DNA of 64,000 nucleotides from Leptogorgia sarmentosa (Eukaryota): NCBI GenBank assembly GCA_964658305.1, contig OZ210885.1, positions 5,642,001 to 5,706,000 of the forward strand, read 5' to 3'. Shown piece by piece: positions 13,038 to 24,428 of this stretch (position 1 is its first letter; each line of letters starts with the position of its first letter). The notes under the pieces were generated by a model. It saw only the letters and a program-made list of their open reading frames with translations, ran no database searches and was not told where the DNA came from. The position numbers and the translations under genes were made by a program.

Positions 13038-15273
13038 CACCTGTCAAGACAGCCCCCCTTCTGGTAAATTTAGTTCTACAGCACTGGAGTTAAGCCGTAT
13101 AAGACTATGCTGGAATAAGTCGTGCCGAATCTGAGACTGTCTGCAAAATAATAGATTACTTGTATCTTTGATGATTATACGCGATTGGTTTAGGGTGGGT
13201 GTCTCCCGTTTAAGAAATAGAAAACATTTTCCGTGTTGCTATAGAGTTTTAGTATACAACCAACCATCGTCAATTACAAATGCTACATTCTGATATGCTA
13301 ATCAGCCGTTGTCTATTTCGTAAACAACGGTTCGCGAAAAGGCTAAGGAAAACAATATGGCTACTGCAGAAACTCGCGTTTTGCTGAGGCTTTTATCAAA
13401 TTTGCTTGATATAAATAAAAATAATTCTGGGCATAGAGTGTATACTAAAACAATTAGACAACTCGGCCTCGTTGTCTAATTGTTAAATAGAAACACGGGT
13501 TTTTTGAGCTGTCGACCAATCAATGACTGTGTTTTTAAATGGCTACTTTATAATGATGTATACTAAGGCTGGATAGTGCATCTGCTGTGAATGAAGCCAC
13601 TGGCGGCCATATTTGATGGCCCCACTCAAATCTATTTTGGTGTTGGCGGGATGGCTAAAAAGTTTCTATACGTTAACTTTCTAGTTCTTGATGCCAATGG
13701 AAAAACATTTCCCCTTCATTTTCCAATAAATAAGTAATTGGGGCCATACAATATGGCTGCCAAAAGCCTCATTATGTGGTGTTTGAAAGGTTCTTAGGCT
13801 AATATTACGAAATATCTGCAGCTGTATTTCACAAATTACATCGGAAAATGTGTTTGCTTATAGCCTACCTAATTTAAAAAGCAAGCACTTTAGCCTAGTC
13901 CGAAATTTGACACATTTATAAACCAAATTTCATTAAAAATATTCCCGCAAAATTGAGTCACTGAACACAATAGGATGTGCGATCCAGTGTTAGTGTAGAT
14001 CAGTGGTGTCTCCAGGAACTTATCGAGCGCATTACATTTACAGTAGTTCCATTAATTAATTTGTAATGAAAAGCAAAAGCCGCTATTTGCATTAACAATG
14101 ATACATGTTTTTAGTAAAGTTGAACAGAACGACTAGAAATGGCAGCGACTAATCTTGAATTAAAAATTGCCAATTGTTTCTTCATTGGGGATTATGCGAA
14201 TACATCTTACTTATCATTCTCTCTCGTTTGCCCATTAGCCTCGTTTTGCTTCTTTTTGATAAACACACATAAAAGTTTTATAACGCATTCCGACTTTCTG
14301 CAGGAATTTGTTTGTTGTTAAGTCTAAGCCCAATGATAAGCTCGTATTTTTAACCCCCAATCAATGCGACTAAATGCCCAGCATGAAAACGAGGCCATTA
14401 GGTAAAAAATAAATAACCGGTAGGGACAATTGCAAAATCAAGACGAGGAAATTAATTTACGAGAAGCATGAATAGGTGTCCGTTACAAACTTTCCATTCT
14501 TTCCTCTATGGTTTATTTGAGTTAAAAGTTAATTAGTTAAAAGTCCTTAGAGACATTCTGTTTGCATTAGAATTGCGTGCAAAGTGCAATATAAATAATT
14601 GAACGTTGTGAGACGCTATAACTGCCATAACTAAGAAATTTGTCTCCAGACATTTGAATAAACGATAGGAAATAAACTGAACCGAAAACAAACTCCTGAA
14701 GATCGAAATACTTCAGATAAGGTCAAAATTTATCTCCGGTAATATAAGGTCATAATTTGTAATAAAACTTGTTACACCTTTGCATAAAACGTGCGATATC
14801 TTTCAGAGAGCTACGTATTACAAATGCGGGGGTGCAAGATGGCAAGTTCACGACAAATTCTCTTCATTTATTCTGTTCTGCTGTTTTCACAAACATGTTG
14901 TTCTTTGAAATCAAGTGCGATGTTCAAGTTGGTCGTCTCAGGTCAGTCAATTTTTGCAGAAACTTTCCTTAGTGTGTTGACTTCTCAGTTTCCCCTTTCA
15001 TATCAACAAAAATGAGATTTTCAGCAATGTAATGATGCTTGTCATCCATCGTAGCATAGACAAAATTAAAAATGCGAAGGTCTTTGTTAATTTTTTGGTC
15101 GACAAAACAGTAATGTAAAACGGAATGCCTCTCTGTTTGCTGACAAAAATCTTCTCGCAATATGGCGTACTGATATTAGGGATTACCGATTCGGATCGTC
15201 ATTTTTTTAGAAGAAAGCTGGGAAGTGAGAGAAAGAATACTGTTAAGGAACCCTGTTGTGTATGTTGATCACT

Positions 15274-15632
15274 TAGACTACGTTTACACAACGCTGGAGC
15301 GAAAAAGTGAATTTGTTTGCGTTCACACTGTTCCGTTTGAATTCCAATTTGTTATTTTCTATCTTTCGATCTGCTATCCCGAAATAATGTTTTCCAACAA
15401 AACACTATTAACATAAAGCGTAGCGAAATATTAACGGCGACAGTGTTTACACAACGCCATGTGCAACTCCGTTTTCGCCCGACCACGTTTAGAAAGTGTG
15501 GTCATACCTTCACGGCAAACGTGACGTTTTTGAATAAACCGCTCCGGATCCTGATCAGTGTAAACGGAACTCCGTTTTGTTATTCTTTTGCGCCGTTTTC
15601 AGACTGATCCGGAGTTGTCTTAACGCAGTCTT
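15274..15632. mobile_element. Degenerate MITE (Harbinger-like ends)
   Basis: Imperfect inverted ends agactacgtttacacaacgctggag / ccggagttgtcttaacgcagtct. Confidence 0.4.
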
Positions 15633-16006
15633 AAAAGGCAAACAAGTGCCTGATTATTATGATCAGAGATAGACATGAAACTACATCCACTGATATCAAT
15701 ATTTTCCAATTCTCACAGGTCATCGCCTTACTGGTAATGTAATGCGTGAACTGAATTCATTGAGTATAATTGAGTGTTCTTTACACTGTATCAAAAAACC
15801 TTCCGAATGCAAATCAATCAACTACAGAGATACGAAACGTCAAGATTCCATAAACTGTCAACTCATCAACGCAACGAAAAAAACACATCCGCAGAATTTG
15901 ATGGCTGATGAAAGCTACGACAACTACGAACAGATCACAACAACGGTATCTTCATAGACTTTCTACTAATATTAAGAAATAATTATTTGCCATGACTCTA
16001 AAGTGT

Positions 16007-16185
16007 ATAGACCTTAATAAAAAGCATGACGTCAGCAGGCCTGTCACGTAGTTTGCGGACAGAATTCCAAACTAGTATTTTGACTTTCAAAAATTCAAAA
16101 CATTGAAATAATATGTGCTCAGTTTGAATTTTGTCCGCAAACTACGTCACAGGCCAGGTGACGTAATCCTTTTATAAAGGTCTAT
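16007..16185. mobile_element. Short foldback MITE
   Basis: ~65-bp inverted arms atagaccttaataaaaag...gtcacgtagtttgcggaca / tgtccgcaaactacgtcac...ttttataaaggtctat. Confidence 0.7.
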
Positions 16186-16198
16186 TCTGCGTGACATC

Positions 16199-16897
16199 CA
16201 CTGAGCTATACTTAATATATCTGGAGATCAGGTCGTAATACCTCGCCGTACAAAATAGTGTCGTCAAGAACATGGCGGATTTTAGCGAAATTTACGTCAT
16301 TATGACGTAGTAAGTCCCCTATTTCAGGGGACTAACCACTGAACAAATAACATTGCCGAAAGTGAGCAGTTTCTAACCCCCCTGTCTGAAGATAAAATAC
16401 TAAAATACCAGCTAACATCACGTCAAAGTTTTAAATTCAAAACAATATAATATTTCGTTGAATTTTGTTGATTATCAACATGCCGCGTTTTTGCACACAT
16501 AATTGGCGACGGTCACTTATTTGCTGAACTACATTTAATTTCAGATGAACTACGGATGCCACAACTCCTTTGACAAGTCCTCTTTAATCAATCGCGTTCG
16601 GTATTTATAGGCGCGTACATCAACAAATACAACAATATATTTTTGAGATGTAAGATAATTTTAATACTTTATCTCAATTCTTTGAAAAAATATCAAAACA
16701 GCACTGCAGTACATATTTATATATAAAATCGTACAGTAAAATCCAAGGGGGGTAGGAAACGGCGCCTGCACACACTTCAACTGTGGTCAGTAATTACCAT
16801 CATGAGAATAGGGGACGTGTGACGTAAAATCCACCATGTTTTTGGCGACACCTTTCAGTGGAGTGCCTGATCTCCAGATTAATAATATAGCTCAGTG
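16199..16897. mobile_element. Non-autonomous DNA transposon with 8-bp TSD (hAT or P superfamily)
   Basis: TIR cactgagctata...atctggagatcagg; exact TSD GTGACATC at 16191-16198 and 16898-16905. Confidence 0.85.
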
Positions 16898-18661
16898 GTG
16901 ACATCTCGCATGGTTACTTCGATTCTCCAACTTCTTCAATTCGCTTTTTCCAATGCAGAAAAAGGAAAAAGCAGAAAAATATTATGGTAAGATGATTTGT
17001 AATGAGATAAAATTGTGTAAAAAATATTTTGATAAAGGATAAAAGTGCAGGATATTTCACATCGACTGACTTTACTCGTCCGGTCCAGTCCCGTTCATTT
17101 ATCAACTGCAGTAACATGACCGCGGATATCCAAATCTCTAATGTCCTGCTAATACCCATATCCAGTATCGGTAATGGCCAATAGCATCGAAACAACTTGA
17201 TGACATAATTAAAACGGAATTGCTTGGTTTTTCTCTTCATGATAATACAGAAAAAACGTGTGATGATTAGTACCAATCAGGCAAGACAACCACAGGGGTG
17301 TACACAATCGATCCAGACGACCAGGGAGCTTTTGATGTGAGATGTGATATGGAGACCACTCCTGGAAGAGCTTGGACTGTATTTCAGCGACGTGTTCGAT
17401 GGTTCTGTGGACTTTAACCGAAACTGACCGACTATAAAAATAGATTTGGAAATTTGAATGGTGAATTTTGGCTCGGTTTGGACAAGATTCATCGTCTGAC
17501 AGCCAGTGGAGAAAATGTCCTGAGAGTTGATCTAGAAACGTTTGAAAACAAGACAGCTTATGCAGTTTATGAATCGTTCACCGTGGGAAATGAGAGCGAA
17601 GCTTACGTTTTGAAATATAGAAACTACTCAGGTAATATTGGAAATATAAAAATGGAAATTCTATTCTCTTCGCTGTGCTCAATGGACCGATTGCCTAATA
17701 GACAAAATTTTTAAAAAGTCCGAAATAGTACAATACATAATAACAGCGCTAAAGAGCATCCCAAAGTTATTAAAATTGCAGAGTTTGGTTGCGAAATATT
17801 GTAAAATGCGAAAAATATACCATTTGAAAATTTTTGAATATCTTAGTGTTACGCACGCAATATTGCTATTGACAAATGGGTATCAATTTGCTGTGCGTAA
17901 TACTATTATTATTATCGTAATACTATTATTTATTACAAATCTATAAATAATTTATGTGTATCAGCAAAATTTGCAGTTGCATAATTACGAATAAATACAT
18001 AAAATTTCAAAAGCGAGGGCATGGTGATGAATAGTAAAGAACCCAACCTTAGGTAATAATTTTATATGTTTAGCGAGTCGACTAGCCATAATTTTCTTGA
18101 ATTGCTTGTGAATTATGTTGAATTATTTCTCACAGGGACAGCAGGTGATTCGCTAGATACTCACAAGGGAAGTAAATTTAGCACTCAAGACGTCGACAAC
18201 GATTTCTCAACTAGAAACTGTGCTGTGGTTCATCATGGTGCGTGGTGGTTCAAGGACTGTGCCCGTTCACACTTGAATGGCGAATATTTAGGAGGTCATC
18301 ACAAACAGTCAAGAGATGGTGTTTTCTGGACCAGTTACAAAGGAAAGGATTATTCTTATAAAATCGCCGAAATGAAAATGGGACACGATCACAATTAAAC
18401 ACTTCTCTTATTATCGAACATTTCAAAACTGAAAACTCTGAACTTTTAGTTTAACAAGCTGTAGTTTTATGTGTTGAAAGATTTTTAGCCTACACTTTTG
18501 CAAATAATTTTTACATGTACAAAACAAACCAAAACAAAACACTCAGACTAGAAAAAATGCGAACCTAATTTAGATTTATTCAAGACTGAAATGAAAGAAC
18601 CTATAGGCTTGCGCTTAGTACGTGTCATGTACAGATACTACAAGCTCTCTCTGACTCGCAC

Positions 18662-19825
18662 CAGGGCGGTTATAAGATAGGGCAGTGAAACGCCAGCTGA
18701 CGAGCTGAAACATGTGTGATGCACGGACCCCCCGCTGTGATTCGAATAACTTCCAACATGGCGGCATGCACAGAAGACGAAGATTCGGAACATGGTAGAA
18801 TATCTTTAACAGTGAAGCTTAACACTAGCTTCTCTTCTAAAGATTTAAAACGCGTCCTGAATCGCGTTGCTTCGTCTGAAATAAAGCCCAAGCCGAATTT
18901 TCCGCCAAAATCCTTGCGCTTGAGAAGGAATGTTTAGAACCTTTGTATTGTTTAAATTTTGAAAAGGTCGACTTCGTGTAAAATTTCAGAAAAAGGCTAA
19001 AAAAATTGATGCTTCATACAAGAATATAAATAATTGTATTAGATTAGGCAGTCATTCTATTGCCTTTACGAACCTCCTGAGCTTCCGTGAAGTTTTTAAA
19101 GAGCAATATGGAAAAATTACTAATGAAAGTTTCGATCTTGTTGTCATGACGCGGTCAGATGTTCCTTGCAAGTAAGTTTCTAGTTTCCCTGCTAAATTGT
19201 TGCCGTTGTTACGAAATATGCCCACAGCAAAAGAACTGAATGTTTTGTTTTTGAGATAAGTACATAAACTGTCATAAAAACGTGATTTGAAGCGTTTTTT
19301 ACGGATATTTTAAGACCCTGTCAGTCGCGACAGTTGGCTGTCATCTCGACAATTTTTAGTCCGGAATAACAGAGGATTGCTTAAAAAGCTCAAAAAATCA
19401 CGTGGTCAAATAATGCTAGACGTATTAAGCAACATCTTAGACACCAAGTTTAAAAGTTAAATACCAAACTGTCCATTTGTAGCTGAAAAAATCAAATATT
19501 TTATCTTCTGTTTCAAAATCGGAAAAGTAGCCCGTATACTGTCTATGGTTTCATGTTTAAGAAATTTTCTGTTTTAACCATTACATAGCCATTTGTTAGA
19601 CGCTCCGACGGCAACAAAAAACACTTAGTCTACAAGTGCAGGGGAAAAGAGTAGTTGGTATCGCGTTAATAACTAAGAAGTAAAAAGGGTTTTGAGCGCG
19701 ATAAATATGTTCAAACATTTTTTCTAGAGCATTGCTATAACCGCGCTCGCCCCATGCCTAATGTGCATCACACATATTTCAGCTCGTCAGCTGGCGTTTC
19801 ACCGCCGAATCTTATAACCGCCCTG
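18662..19825. mobile_element. Non-autonomous DNA transposon with 7-bp TSD (P-superfamily-like)
   Basis: ~60-bp TIR cagggcggttataagat...gaaacgccagctgacgagctgaaa...tgtgtgatgcac; TSD CTCGCAC at 18655-18661 and 19826-19832. Confidence 0.85.
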
Positions 19826-20180
19826 CTCGCACTAAGAACAAACTTCTAATTGTTATGCATGCGCTTTTCGCTCATTAGCTATCCGGACAAAATGTACTAC
19901 TAGCTGTAGTTCAGTACACTTTGAACGAATAAATTACACTTCTATTTATTCCCATCATATACTATTGCCATTACAAGTCTATTCATTGCATCTCATATCA
20001 ATAGAAATACAAGGAAAGCTTGCAGATTGTAGTTTTTTATATTATAATTCATTACGTAAATAGCTGCTATAAAATGTAATTTATAAAGATATAATTCAGA
20101 TAAAATTCATGTTTGCTCTTCACTTATCTTTATGTTCGACTTTCGATCTCTGTTGTCTTGATTGAAAATAGGACTAAAAC

Positions 20181-21145
20181 AAAAATAGGATCGCAAAGCG
20201 CACATGTATCTGCGAATGGTGAAGCAGAACTGACGGATGAGTCGTCGGAAAGCGCAATCGGACATGCTAAAAAGTCCAGGTTGCGCTTAAATCTACCGCT
20301 AAAGTATTGGTTTGCAAGCAATAAATGAACATAAACTAAAGCTAACCCTAAATATGAAACTAATCGAACCCCAAAGCTAACAGCCTAACGCACAAAACAT
20401 TAAAACCTAGAACTATACTCAAACTGATTTCCTAAATCAGCATGCTGTCTTACTAAATATGCGATGTTTAGTTAGTGTTGACTGTTCTCATATACAGCAT
20501 TTCTCACCTTCCTCCTTCGACTCTTTCGTGGAAAATACGAGGAAATTCCTTGGGAAAAAAATTTCTTTGTGCCTCCAATATGTATAAAACTATGGCTTTA
20601 CACTGAATATCGTGGGATTACCTAATATTACATGTAAATGTCATTAAATTATTTAATTATATCGTTTTGGCCTTATTTCAATTTTGACCGCCATCTTGAA
20701 TATGATTAGATTTAACCTGCGAACAGGCTACTTCAACAGAATGTATCCAGTTTTTATATAGCGTGCTGTGACAAAACCGTTCATGGGTCGGCCATCTGGA
20801 CAGTGTGCTCTGTACGCATTTTCAATTTACAAATCGAAAGGCCGATAAAACAGCACGCTGCCGTTTCAAATCCTTTGTTAAATTACAACTGCACATTGAC
20901 AGGGACCTGCAAAGTCAAGATTGTTTGCTTAAAGCGTCGTACTTAAACACTGCACTTCACATTTTCGCAAAAATCCGATCGAACATCGCCTTCACTCCTC
21001 GAACGCCGCCATCTTGCATTACGTAATTATAAGCAAAAGCTCGTCGCTGATTGGCTAGAAGCTAACAGCTAACAGCTAACAGCTAACAGCTAACAGCTAA
21101 CAGCTGAAAGATCATAGCATAGTATCTGCGTTCGCAGATACAAAA
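20181..21145 (-). mobile_element. Helentron/DINE-1-like non-autonomous element, unit A copy 1
   Basis: 12-bp subterminal inverted repeats TGTATCTGCGAA (20205-20216) / TTCGCAGATACA (21131-21142), terminal palindrome 21122-21141, (GCTAACA)6 microsatellite 21061-21102, A/T-run ends. Nearly identical to 22699-23644. Confidence 0.7.
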
Positions 21146-21236
21146 ATAGGTTCGCAAAGCGCACATGTATCTGCGAATGGTGAAGCAGAACTGACGTTCC
21201 CCTAAATCTACCACTAAAGTATTGGTTTGCAAGTAA

Positions 21237-22698
21237 CCTACTGGCGATCTACCAGACTGGTTCTGACCTTGACAAAATTATTTTGGGGCTTTTTCACTCA
21301 AAAAATTTTTTTTTTCGTTTCTCCCTTTGCTATTCTTGCTTTTTAACATTTTCACAGTGTCTGGGATGTTGAAAACAACGAAGAGAACAAATTTTGACGT
21401 ACGCGCATGCGCAATGCGCTTGACAAAATTATTTTCGGTTTTCCTCACTCAAAAAAATTGTTTTCGATTCTTCCTTGACTATCCTTGCTTTTTAACACTT
21501 TCACAATGTCTGCGATGTTGAAAAAACGAAGAAAACAAATTTTGACGTACGCGCATGCGCAATGAAATTCACCAAACGAGTCCCACAACAACCACGCCAC
21601 AAGAGTGTGACGTAGTTAAATACAAATCCGGAATATAGTCTAATAATATCTATAATGCTACGACATTGCCTTTCGCTAAAGGACAAGGTGCTTATCACAT
21701 ATGGTCTAGGGGCCGATCTGCATCTCCCTGCTCTCTGAGTGTTCCTGAATGTCAAAGTCATGCATTTGTACCAGTCAAGATATAGCGGGCATCCCCGATG
21801 CGTTCCGGTTGCCTTAGTAAGTCCCTACTGGCGATCTACCAGACTCGTTCTGTGCGGATGGTAGGGCACTTGACGAATTCTTTTCGGTTTTTTTCACTTA
21901 ACTATCTCAACTTCCTTGACTATTCTTGCTTTTTAACGCTTCCACAATGTCTGGGATGTTGAAAACAACGAAGAGAACAAATTTTGACGTACGCGCATGC
22001 GCAATGCGCTTGACAAAATTATTTTCGGTTTTCTTCACTCAAAAAAATTGTTTTCGGTTCTTCCTTGACTATCATTGCTTTTTAACACTTTCACAATGTC
22101 TGGGATGTTGAAAAAACGAAGAAAACAAATTTTGACGTACGCGCATGCGCAATGAAATTCACCAAACGAGTCCCACAACAACCACGCCACAAGAGTGTGA
22201 CGTAGTTAAATACAAATCCGGAATATAGCTTATTGGTTCTCATGCTACGACATTGCCTTTCGCTAAAGGACAAGGTGCTTATCACATATGGTCTAGGGGC
22301 CGATCTGCATCTCCCTGCTCTCTGAGTGTTCCTGAATGTCAAAGTCATGCATTTGTACCAGTCAAGATATAGCGGGCATCCCCGATGCGTTCCGGTTGCC
22401 TTAGTAAGTCCCTACTGGCGATCTACCAGACTCGTTCTGTGCGGATGGTAGGGCACTTGACGAATTCTTTTCGGTTTTTTTCACTTAACTATCTCAACAT
22501 CCTTGACTATTCTTGCTTTTTAACGCTTCCACAATGTCTGGAATGTTGAAAACAACGAAGAGAACAAATTTTGACGTACGCGCATGCGCAATGCGCTTGA
22601 CAAAATTATTTTCGGTTTTCTTCACTCAAAAAAATTGTTTTCGGTTCTTCCTTGACTATCCTTGCTTTTTAACACTTTCACAATGTCTGGGATGTTGA
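21237..22698. repeat. Tandem repeat, 587-bp period, about 2.5 copies (unit B)
   Basis: aagtccctactggcgatctaccagactc recurs at 21819 and 22406, and partially at ~21237; the units are near-identical with internal subrepeats aaattttgacgtacgcgcatgcgcaatg. Confidence 0.9.
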
Positions 22699-23644
22699 AA
22701 AAATAGGTTCGCAAAGCGCACATGTATCTGCGAATGGTGAAGCAGAACTGACGGATGAGTCGTCGGAAAGCGCAATCGGACATGCTAAAAAGTCTAGGTT
22801 GCGCTTAAATCTGCCGCTAAAGTATTGGTTTGCAAGCAATAAATGAACATAAACTAAAGCTAACCCTAAATATGAAACTAATCGAACCCCAAAGCTAACA
22901 GCCTAACGCACAAAACATTAAAACCTAGAACTATACTCAAACAGATTTCCTAAATCAGCATGCTGTCTTATTAAATATGCGATGTTTAGTTAGTGTTGAC
23001 TGTTCTCATATACAGCATTTCTCACCGTCCTCCTTCGACTCTTTCGTGAAAAATACGAGGAAATTCCTTGGGAAAAAAATTTCTTTGTGCCTCCAATATG
23101 TATAAAACTATGGCTTTATACTGAATATCGTGGGATTACCTAATATTACATGTAAATGTCATTAAATTATTTAATTATATCGTTTTGGCCTTATTTCAAT
23201 TTTGACCGCCATCTTGAATATGATTAGATTTAACCTGCGAACAGGCTACTTCAACAGAATGTATCCAGTTTTTATATAGCGTGCTGTGACAAAACCGTTC
23301 ATGGGTCGGCCATCTGGACAGTGTGCTCTGTACGCATTTTCAAATTACAAATCGAAACGCCGATAAAACAGCACGCTGCCGTTTCAAATCCTTTGTTAAA
23401 TTACAACTGCACATTGACACGGACCTACAAAGTCAAGATTGTTTGCTTAAACCGTCGTACTTAAACACTGCACTTCACATTTTCGCAAAAATCCGATCGA
23501 ACATCGCCTTCACTCCTCGAACGCCGCCATCTTGCATTACGTAATTATAAGCAAAAGCTCGTCGCTGATTGGCTAGAAGCTAACAGCTAACAGCTAACAG
23601 CTAACAGGGTCATAGCATAGTATCTGCGTTCGCAGATACAAAAA
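22699..23644 (-). mobile_element. Helentron/DINE-1-like non-autonomous element, unit A copy 2
   Basis: Direct repeat of 20181-21145; subTIRs at 22723-22734 and 23629-23640; (GCTAACA)4 at 23579-23606. Confidence 0.7.
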
Positions 23645-24428
23645 CATAACATCAAAAGTTACAGTTTAATTGATGTTATATATTAATTTGTCCATAGGTA
23701 TCCGGAACTAAGATGGACAGAGTTGGCATATATGATATCAGCCTTTTAATTTGAGTTATCCTGTATGACTAATTATGTTTCAACATTCCTTGCCTACCTG
23801 AAGAATACTAGCCTACAGCTATAAGGAAATTGTTCCGGTAACCTCTTCCACACTGATGCATGCTATACTGTTTTGGTTGAGTTCTGAGCCGTAAAACTGC
23901 AAGGCTGTTGCCCCAAGACGGTCACACTTGGTTTTACTTTTACAACATCAATCTAGCTTCACCAGATTGATGTTTTGAGGATGGTGTTCACACGATGACA
24001 TTGTAAACCATATAGCGAATAAGTAATGAACACGCATGCATGCATGGTAAGGGAACTCTGAAACTCGCGCGTATCATAAAATTTAATTTCGCGACCTCGT
24101 TTCCAATACTTGCTGATTATACGCCTCATCTATGATTGCATTTTCTCTGTCATTGACCCAGCTAGGATTTATGCTCTTGATACGGCAATCTTATAGCAAA
24201 AAAATTCCGATCGCGACGCTTTCCATGAGGGACATTTTACGTGAGTCTGGACTAACAAGATTAAGAGCAAATGTTAAACTTTTTAATAAACTGAATTTGA
24301 GGAAATCACGACTAGAATAGTTGCATGGACATGGAGGAATAGATTATCGACAGTCGACACACGCTGTTAGTATGGAAGTTGAGCCAAAAGTTGAAAAGAG
24401 ACCTGGGTACGAGGTTCATATAAACATA

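Larger units (their letters stand above)
14839..18398 (+). pseudogene. PAN/Apple-FReD pseudogene (FReD-3)
   Basis: Exons 14839-14941 (signal), 15719-15945 (PAN), 16959-16986 (linker), 17251-17631 and 18136-18398 (FReD), the same structure as the copies at 42 and 49 kb. Exon 4 has TGG>TAG at 17268-17270, a 1-nt insertion near 17397 and a 1-nt deletion near 17426 relative to the paralogues. Confidence 0.85.

Noticed and set aside
21327..23544. Repeated short ORFs (MLKTTKRTNF..., MTLTFRNTQR..., MLCTHFQ...)
   Set aside because: They recur only because the underlying non-coding repeats are duplicated; no recognisable motifs.
20181..23644. LTR retrotransposon or TRIM (two long direct repeats)
   Set aside because: No TG..CA ends, clear TSD, primer-binding site or coding remnants; the repeats have a subTIR/palindrome structure instead.
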